The notes beneath the pieces were generated by a model. That model ran no database searches and had not been told where the DNA came from. It worked only from the letters and a program-made list of their open reading frames with translations. From the NCBI RefSeq assembly GCF_009914755.1, contig NC_060933.1: DNA of 64,000 bases; one strand, written 5' to 3'. Positions 55,691-64,000 of the stretch are shown piece by piece. A program made the position numbers and the translations under genes. Each line of letters opens with the position of its first letter. The first letter of the stretch is position 1. This DNA comes from the human T2T-CHM13v2.0 reference genome, Homo sapiens.

Positions 55691-58600
55691 AATAGAATAG
55701 AATGGAATGGAATGGAATCAACTCGATTGCAATAGAATGGAATGGAATGCAATTAACCCGAATAGAATGGAATGGAATGGAATGGAACGGAACGGAATGG
55801 AATGGAATGGAATGCAATGGAACGGAACGGAACGGAATGAAATGGAATGGAATGGAATGGAATGGAATCAACGCGAGTGCAGGGGAATGGAATGGAATGA
55901 AATGCAATGGAATGGAATTTTCCGGAATGGAATGGAATGGAATGGATTCAACTCGATTGCAATGGAATGGAATGGAATGGAATGGAATGGAATGGAATGG
56001 AATGGAATTAACACGAATAGAATGGAATGGAATGGAATGGAAAGGAAGGTAATGGAATGGAATGGAATGGAATCAACCCGAGTGCAGGGGAATGGAATGG
56101 AATGGAATGCAATGGAATGGAATCATCCGGAATGGAATGCAATGGAATGGAATGGAATGCAATGGAATGGAATCATCCGGAATGGAATGGAATGGAATGG
56201 AATGGAATGGAATGGAATGGAATGGAATCAACTCGATTCCAATGGAATGGAATGGAATAGAACGGAATGGAATTAACACGAATAGAATGGAATGGAATGT
56301 AATGGAACGGAACGGAATGGAATGGAATGGAATGGAATGGACTGGAATGGAATCAACCCGAATACAATGGAATGGAATGGAATGGAACGGAACGGAACTG
56401 AATGGAATGGAATGCAATGGAATGGAATGGAATGATATGGAATGGAATGGAATGGTACGGAATAGAATGGAATGGAACAAATTGGAATGGAATGGAATCG
56501 AATGGAATGGAATGGAATCAACCCGAGTGCAGGGGAATGTAATGGAACGGAATGCAATGGAATGGAATCATCTGGAATGGAATGGAATGGAATGGAATCA
56601 ACCCGAGTGCAATGGAATGGAGTGGAATGGAATGGAATGGAATGTAAACAACCCGAATGGAATGGAATATACTGGAGTGTAAGGGAATTGAATGGAATCA
56701 ATCCGAATGTAATGGAATGGAATGGAAAGGAATGGAATGGAATGGAATGGAATTGAATGGAATCAACCCGAGTGTAATGGAATGGAATCGAAAGGAATGG
56801 AAAGGAATGGAATGGATTCAACTCGACTGCAATGGAATGGAATAGAATGGAATGGAATGGAATGGAATGGAATGGAATGGAATGGAATTAACCCGAATAG
56901 AATGGAATGGAATGGAATGGAATGGACTGGAATGGAATCAACGCGAGTCCAGGGGAATGGAATGGAATGGAATGCAATGGAATGGAATCTTCTGGAATGG
57001 AATGGAATGGAATGGAATGGAATGGAATGAAATGCAATGGATTCAACTCGATTGCAATGGAATGGAATAGAATGGAATGGAATGGAATGGAATGGAATTA
57101 ACCCGAATAGAATGGAATGGAATGGAACGGAATGGAACGGAATGGAATGGAATGGAATGGAATGGAATGGTATTGAATGGAATGGAATGGTACGGAATAG
57201 AATGGAATGGAACGAATTGTAATGGAATGGAATTGAATGCAATGGAATGGAATGGAATGGAATCAACGCGAGTGCAGGGGAATGTAATGGAACGGAATGC
57301 AAAGGAATGGAATCATCCGGAATGGAATGGAATGGAATGGAATGGAATGGAATCAACCCGAGTGCAATGGAATGGAGTGGAATGGAATGGAATGGAATGT
57401 AAACAACACGAATGGAATGGAATATAATAGAGTGTAAGGGAATTGAATGGAATCAATCCGAATGTAATGGAATGGAATGGAAAGGAATGGAATGGAATGG
57501 AATGGAATGGAATGGAATCAACCCGAGTGTAATGGAATGGAATCGAAAGGAATGGAAAGGAATGGAATGGATTCAACTCGATTGCAATGGAATGGAATAG
57601 AATGGAATGGAATGGAATGGAATTAACCCGAATAGAATGGAGTGGAATGGAATGGAACGCAACGGAACGGAATGGAATGGAATGGAATGGAATGGAATGG
57701 AATGGAATGGTATGGAATGGAATGGAATGGTGCAGAATAGAATGGAATGGAACGAATTGGAATGGAATGGAATCGAATGGAATGGAATGGAATGGAATGG
57801 AATCAACCCGAGTGCAGTGGAATGTAATAGAACGGAATGCAATGGAAAGGAATCATCCGCAATGGAATGGAATGGAATGGAATGGAATCAACCCGAGTGC
57901 TTTGGAATGGAGTGGAATGGAATGGAATGGAATGTAAACAACCCGAATGGAATGGAATATAATGGAGTGTAAGGGAATTGAATGGAATCAATCCGAATGC
58001 AATGGAATGGAATGGAAAGGAATGGAATTGAATGGAATGGAATGGAATGGAATCAACCCGAGTGTAATGGAATGGAATCGAAAGGAATGGAAAGCAATGG
58101 AATGGATTCAACACCAATGTAATGGAAAGGAATGGAATCAACCTGAGTGGAATGGCATGGAATGGAATGGAAAGGAATGGAATGGAATGGTACAGAACGG
58201 AATGGATTGGAACGAAATGGAATGGAATGGAATGGAATGGAATGGAATCAACTCGATTGCAATGGAATGGAATGGAATGGAATGGAATAGTATGGAAGGG
58301 AATTAACCCGAATAGATTGGAATGGAATGGAAAGGAATCAACGCGAGTACAGGGGAATGGAATGGAATGGAATGCAATGGAATGGAATCATCCGTAAAGG
58401 AATGGAAAGGAATGGAATGGAATGGAATGGAATGGAATAGAATAGAATGGAATGGAACGGAATCAACTCGATTGCAATAGAATGGAATGGAATGCAATTA
58501 ACCCGAATAGAATGGAATGGAATGGAATGGAACGGAACGGAATGGAATAGAATGGAATGGAATGGAATGGAATGGAACGGAACGGAACGGAATGAAATGG

Positions 58601-61600
58601 AATGGAATGGAATGGAATGGAATCAACGCGAGTGCAGGGGAATGGAATGGAATGAAATGCAATGGAATGGAATCTTCCGGAATGGAATGGAATGGAATGG
58701 AATGGAATGGAATGGAATGGAATGGAATTAACACGAATAGAATGGAATGGAATGGAATGGAAAGGAAGGTAATGGAATGGAATGGAATGGAATCAACCCG
58801 AGTGCAGGGGAATGGAATGGAATGGAATGCAATGGAATGGAATCACCCGGAATGGAATGCAATGGAATGGAATGGAATGCAATGGAATGGAATCATCCGG
58901 AATGGATTGGAATGGAATGGAATGGAATGGAATGGAATGGAATGGAATGGAATCAACTCGATTCCAATGGAATGGAATGTAATAGAACGGAATGGAATTA
59001 ACACGAATAGAATGGAATGGAATGGAATGGAACGGAACGGAATGGAATGGAATGGAATGGAATGGACTGGAATGGAATCAACCCGAATAGAATGGAATGT
59101 AATGGAATGGAACGGAACGGAACTGAATGGAATGGAATGCCATGGAATGGAATGGAATGATATGGAATGGAATGGAATGGTACGGAATAGAATGGAATGG
59201 AACAAATTGGAATGGAATGGAATCGAATGGAATGGAATGGAATCAATCCGAGTGCAGGGGAATGTAATGGAACGGAATGCAATGGAATGGAATCATCTGG
59301 AATGGAATGGAATGGAATGGAATCAACCCGAGTGCAATGGAATGGAGTGGAATGGAATGGAATGGAATGTAAACAACCCGAATGGAATGGAATATACTGG
59401 AGTGTAAGGGAATTGAATGGAATCAATCCGAATGTAATGGAATGGAATGGAAAGGAATGGAATGGAATGGAATGGAATTGAATGGAATCAACCCGAGTGT
59501 AATGGAATGGAATCGAAAGGAATGGAAAGGAATGGAATGGATTCAACTCGACTGCAATGGAATGGAATGGAATGGAATGGAATGGAATGGAATGGAATGG
59601 AATGGAATTAACCCGAATAGAATGGAATGGAATGGAATGGAATGGACTGGAATGGAATCAACGCGAGTGCAGGGGAATGGAATGGAATGGAATGCAATGG
59701 AATGGAATCTTCTGGAATGGAATGGAATGGAATGGAATGGAATGAAATGCAATGGATTCAACTCGATTGCAATGGAATGGAATAGAATGGAATGGAATGG
59801 AATGGAATGGAATTAACCCGAATAGAATGGAATGGAATGGAACGGAATGGAACGGAATGGAATGGAATGGAATGGAATGGAATGGAATGGAATGGAATGG
59901 TATTGAATGGAATGGAATGGTACGGAATAGAATGGAATGGAACGAATTGTAATGGAATGGAATTGAATGCAATGGAATGGAATGGAATGGAATCAACGCG
60001 AGTGCAGGGGAATGTAATGGAACGGAATGCAATGGAATGGAATCATCCGGAATTGAATGGAATGGAATGGAATGGAATGGAATCAACCCGAGTGCAATGG
60101 AATGGAGTGGAATGGAATGGAATGGAATGTAAACAACACGAATGGAATGGAATATAATAGAGTGTAAGGGAATTGAATGGAATCAATCCGAATGTAATGG
60201 AATGGAATGGAATGGAATGGAATGGAATCAACCCGAGTGTAATGGAATGGAATCGAAAGGAATGGAAAGGAATGGAATGGATTCAACTCGATTGCAATGG
60301 AATGGAATAGAATGGAATGGAATGGAATGGAATTAACCCGAATAGAATGGAATGGAATGGAATGGTACGCAACGGAACGGAATGGAATGGAATGGAATGG
60401 AATGGAATGGAATGGAATGGAATGGAATGGAATGGTATGGAATGGAATGGAATGGTGCGGAATAGAATGGAATGGAACGAATTGGAATGGAATGGAATCG
60501 AATGGAATGGAATGGAATGGAATGGAATCAACCCGAGTGCAGTGGAATGTAATGGAACGGAATGCAATGGAATGGAATCATCCGCAATGGAATGGAATGG
60601 AATGGAATGGAATCAACCCGAGTGCTTTGGAATGGAGTGGAATGGAATGGAATGGAATGTAAACAACCCGAATGGAATGGAATATAATGGAGTGTAAGGG
60701 AATTGAATGGAATCAATCCGAATGCAATGGAATGGAATGGAAAGGAATGGAATTGAATGGAATGGAATGGAATGGAATCAACCCGAGTGTAATGGAATGG
60801 AATCGAAAGGAATGGAAAGCAATGGAATGGATTCAACACCAATGTAATGGAAAGGAATGGAATCAACCCGAGTGGAATGGCATGGAATGGAATGGAAAGG
60901 AATGGAATGGAATGGTACAGAACGGAATGGATTGGAACGAAATGGAATGGAATGGAATGGAATGGAATGGAATCAACTCGATTGCAATGGAATGGAATGG
61001 AATGGAATGGAATAGTATGGAAGGGAATTAACCCGAATAGATTGGAATGGAATGGAAAGGAATCAACGCGAGTACAGGGGAATGGAATGGAATGGAATGC
61101 AATGGAATGGAATCATCCGTAAAGGAATGGAAAGGAATGGAATGGAATGGAATGGAATGGAATAGAATAGAATGGAATGGAATGGAATCAACTCGATTGC
61201 AATAGAATGGAATGGAATGCAATTAACCCGAATAGAATGGAATGGAATGGAATGGAACGGAACGGAATGGAATAGAATGGAATGGAATGGAATGGAATGG
61301 AACGGAACGGAACGGAATGAAATGGAATGGAATGGAATGGAATGGAATCAACGCGAGTGCAGGGGAATGGAATGGAATGAAATGCAATGGAATGGAATTT
61401 TCCGGAATGGAATGGAATGGAATGGAATGGAATGGAATGGATTCAACTCGATTGCAATGGAATGGAATGGAATGGAATGGAATGGAATGGAATGGAATGG
61501 AATGGAATGGAATTAACACGAATAGAATGGAATGGAATGGAATGGAAAGGAAGGTAATGGAATGGAATGGAATGGAATCAACCCGAGTGCAGGGGAATGG

Positions 61601-64000
61601 AATGGAATGGAATGCAATGGAATGGAATCACCCGGAATGGAATGCAATGGAATGGAATGGAATGCAATGGAATGGAATCATCCGGAATGGAATGGAATGG
61701 AATGGAATGGAATGGAATGGAATGGAATGGAATGGAATCAACTCGATTCCAATGGAATGGAATGGAATAGAACGGAATGGAATTAACACGAATAGAATGG
61801 AATGGAATGGAATGGAACGGAACGGAATGGAATGGAATGGAATGGAATGGACTGGAATGGAATCAACCCGAATAGAATGGAATGTAATGGAATGGAACGG
61901 AACGGAACTGAATGGAATTGAATGCCCTGGAATGGAATGGAATGATATGGAATGGAATGGAATGGTACGGAATAGAATGGAATGGAACAAATTGGAATGG
62001 AATGGAATCGAATGGAATGGAATGGAATCAACCCGAGTGCAGGGGAATGTAATGGAACGGAATGCAATGGAATGGAATCATCTGGAATGGAATGGAATGG
62101 AATGGAATCAACCCGAGTGCAATGGAATGGAGTGGAATGGAATGGAATGGAATGTAAACAACCCGAATGGAATGGAATATACTGGAGTGTAAGGGAATTG
62201 AATGGAATCAATCCGAATGTAATGGAATGGAATGGAAAGGAATGGAATGGAATGGAATGGAATTGAATGGAATCAACCCGAGTGTAATGGAATGGAATCG
62301 AAAGGAATGGAAAGGAATGGAATGGATTCAACTCGACTGCAATGGAATGGAATAGAATGGAATGGAATGGAATGGAATGGAATGGAATGGAATGGAATTA
62401 ACCCGAATAGAATGGAATGGAATGGAATGGAATGGAATGGACTGGAATGGATTCAACGCGAGTGCAGGGGAATGGAATGGAATGGAATGCAATGGAATGG
62501 AATCTTCTGGAATGGAATGGAATGGAATGGAATGGAATGAAATGCAATGGATTCAACTCGATTGCAATGGAATGGAATAGAATGGAATGGAATGGAATGG
62601 AATGGAATGGAATTAACCCGAATAGAATGGAATGGAATGGAACGGAATGGAACGGAATGGAATGGAATGGAATGGAATGGAATGGAATGGAATGGAATGG
62701 TATTGAATGGAATGGAATGGTACGGAATAGAATGGAATGGAACGAATTGTAATGGAATGGAATTGAATGCAATGGAATGGAATGGAATGGAATCAACGCG
62801 AGTGCAGGGGAATGTAATGGAACGGAATGCAATGGAATGGAATCATCCGGAATGGAATGGAATGGAATGGAATGGAATGGAATCAACCCGAGTGCAATGG
62901 AATGGAGTGGAATGGAATGGAATGGAATGTAAACAACACGAATGGAATGGAATATAATAGAGTGTAAGGGAATTGAATGGAATCAATCCGAATGGAATGG
63001 AATGGAATGGAAAGGAATGGAATGGAATGGAATGGAATGGAATGGAATCAACCCGAGTGTAATGGAATGGAATCGAAAGGAATGGAAAGGAATGGAATGG
63101 ATTCAACTCGATTGCAATGGAATGGAATAGAATGGAATGGAATGGAATGGAATTAACCCGAATAGAATGGAATGGAATGGAATGGAACGCAACGGAACGG
63201 AATGGAATGGAATGGAATGGAATGGAATGGAATGGAATGGTATGGAATGGAATGGAATGGTGCGGAATAGAATGGAATGGAACGAATTGGAATGGAATGG
63301 AATCGAATGGAATGGAATGGAATGGAATCAACCCGAGTGCAGTGGAATGTAATGGAACGGAATGCAATGGAATGGAATCATCCGCAATGGAATGGAATGG
63401 AATGGAATGGAATCAACCCGAGTGCTTTGGAATGGAGTGGAATGGAATGGAATGGAATGTAAACAACCCGAATGGAATGGAATATAATGGAGTGTAAGGG
63501 AATTGAATGGAATCAATCCGAATGCAATGGAATGGAATGGAAAGGAATGGAATTGAATGGAATGGAATGGAATGGAATCAACCCGAGTGTAATGGAATGG
63601 AATCGAAAGGAATGGAAAGCAATGGAATGGATTCAACACCAATGTAATGGAAAGGAATGGAATCAACCCGAGTGGAATGGCATGGAATGGAATGGAAAGG
63701 AATGGAATGGAATGGTACAGAACGGAATGGATTGGAACGAAATGGAATGGAATGGAATGGAATGGAATGGAATCAACTCGATTGCAATGGAATGGAATGG
63801 AATGGAATGGAATAGTATGGAAGGGAATTAACCCGAATAGATTGGAATGGAATGGAAAGGAATCAACGCGAGTACAGGGGAATGGAATGGAATGGAATGC
63901 AATGGAATGGAATCATCCGTAAAGGAATGGAAAGGAATGGAATGGAATGGAATGGAATGGAATAGAATAGAATGGAATGGAGTGGAATCAACTCGATTGC
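54530..64000 (+). repeat. ~2.75 kb higher-order repeat, ~3.4 copies, continuing beyond the window end
   Basis: GAGTGCTTTGG at 55150, 57895, 60620 and 63420 (spacing 2745, 2725, 2800). GTAAACAACACG at 54654, 57399, 60129 and 62929. ORF series 55377/58122/60847/63647 and 56472/59197/61982. Confidence 0.93.

Larger units (their letters stand above)
1..64000 (+). repeat. Classical satellite III (HSat3) array, (GGAAT)n with interspersed CAACCCGAGT-type 10-mers; pericentromeric/acrocentric heterochromatin type
   Basis: GGAAT pentamer dominates every line, always G/A-rich on the + strand. It is interrupted every ~50-150 bp by CAACCCGAGT, CAACTCGATT, TAACCCGAAT, CAACGCGAGT, CATCCGG or CTTCCGG. (ATTCC)n plus ACTCGGGTTG is the textbook human satellite III signature. 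Chromosome and subfamily cannot be fixed from this window. Confidence 0.98.

Noticed and set aside
1-64000. CRISPR-like alternation of conserved motifs and spacers
   Set aside because: The intervening sequence is GGAAT runs of variable length rather than unique spacers. There is no constant 23-50 bp repeat, leader or cas gene.
1-64000. HSat2, alpha satellite, telomeric repeat or DYZ1 assignment
   Set aside because: There is no dominant CATTCGATTC/GATGAT HSat2 pattern, no 171 bp monomer or CENP-B box, no TTAGGG, and no 3.56 kb period. A specific chromosome cannot be assigned by eye.
1-64000. Strand inversion or canonical G-quadruplex clusters
   Set aside because: No ATTCC-oriented tract is visible on the + strand, and G runs of three or more are isolated (CAGGGG, AAGGG) rather than clustered in fours.

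Overview
The whole 64 kb window is one uninterrupted classical satellite III array (human/hominoid HSat3 type). It consists of (GGAAT)n on the + strand, punctuated by CAACCCGAGT-family 10-mers and other recurring variant motifs, with no inversion and no unique or transposon sequence that I can see. All listed ORFs (MEWNG / IPFHS repeats) are translation artefacts of the pentamer; I call no genes, RNA genes or CRISPR arrays. The real structure is a nested higher-order architecture readable from rare variant motifs: a near-identical 15.6 kb tandem duplication (~5.5-36.8 kb) containing older 519 bp and 969 bp tandem duplications and an older ~8-8.7 kb internal paralogy; a diverged ~2.75 kb periodicity (37-45 kb); a 4.6 kb tandem duplication (42.6-51.8 kb); a 1.95 kb tandem duplication (51.8-55.7 kb); and a homogeneous ~2.75 kb higher-order repeat running off the right end in unbroken 5 bp register. 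The most functionally suggestive observation is about 40 in-register perfect three-unit heat shock elements (GGAAT-CTTCC-GGAAT). I find no credible novel protein-coding system. Offsets come from motif positions and the ORF track, checked by eye rather than by alignment.
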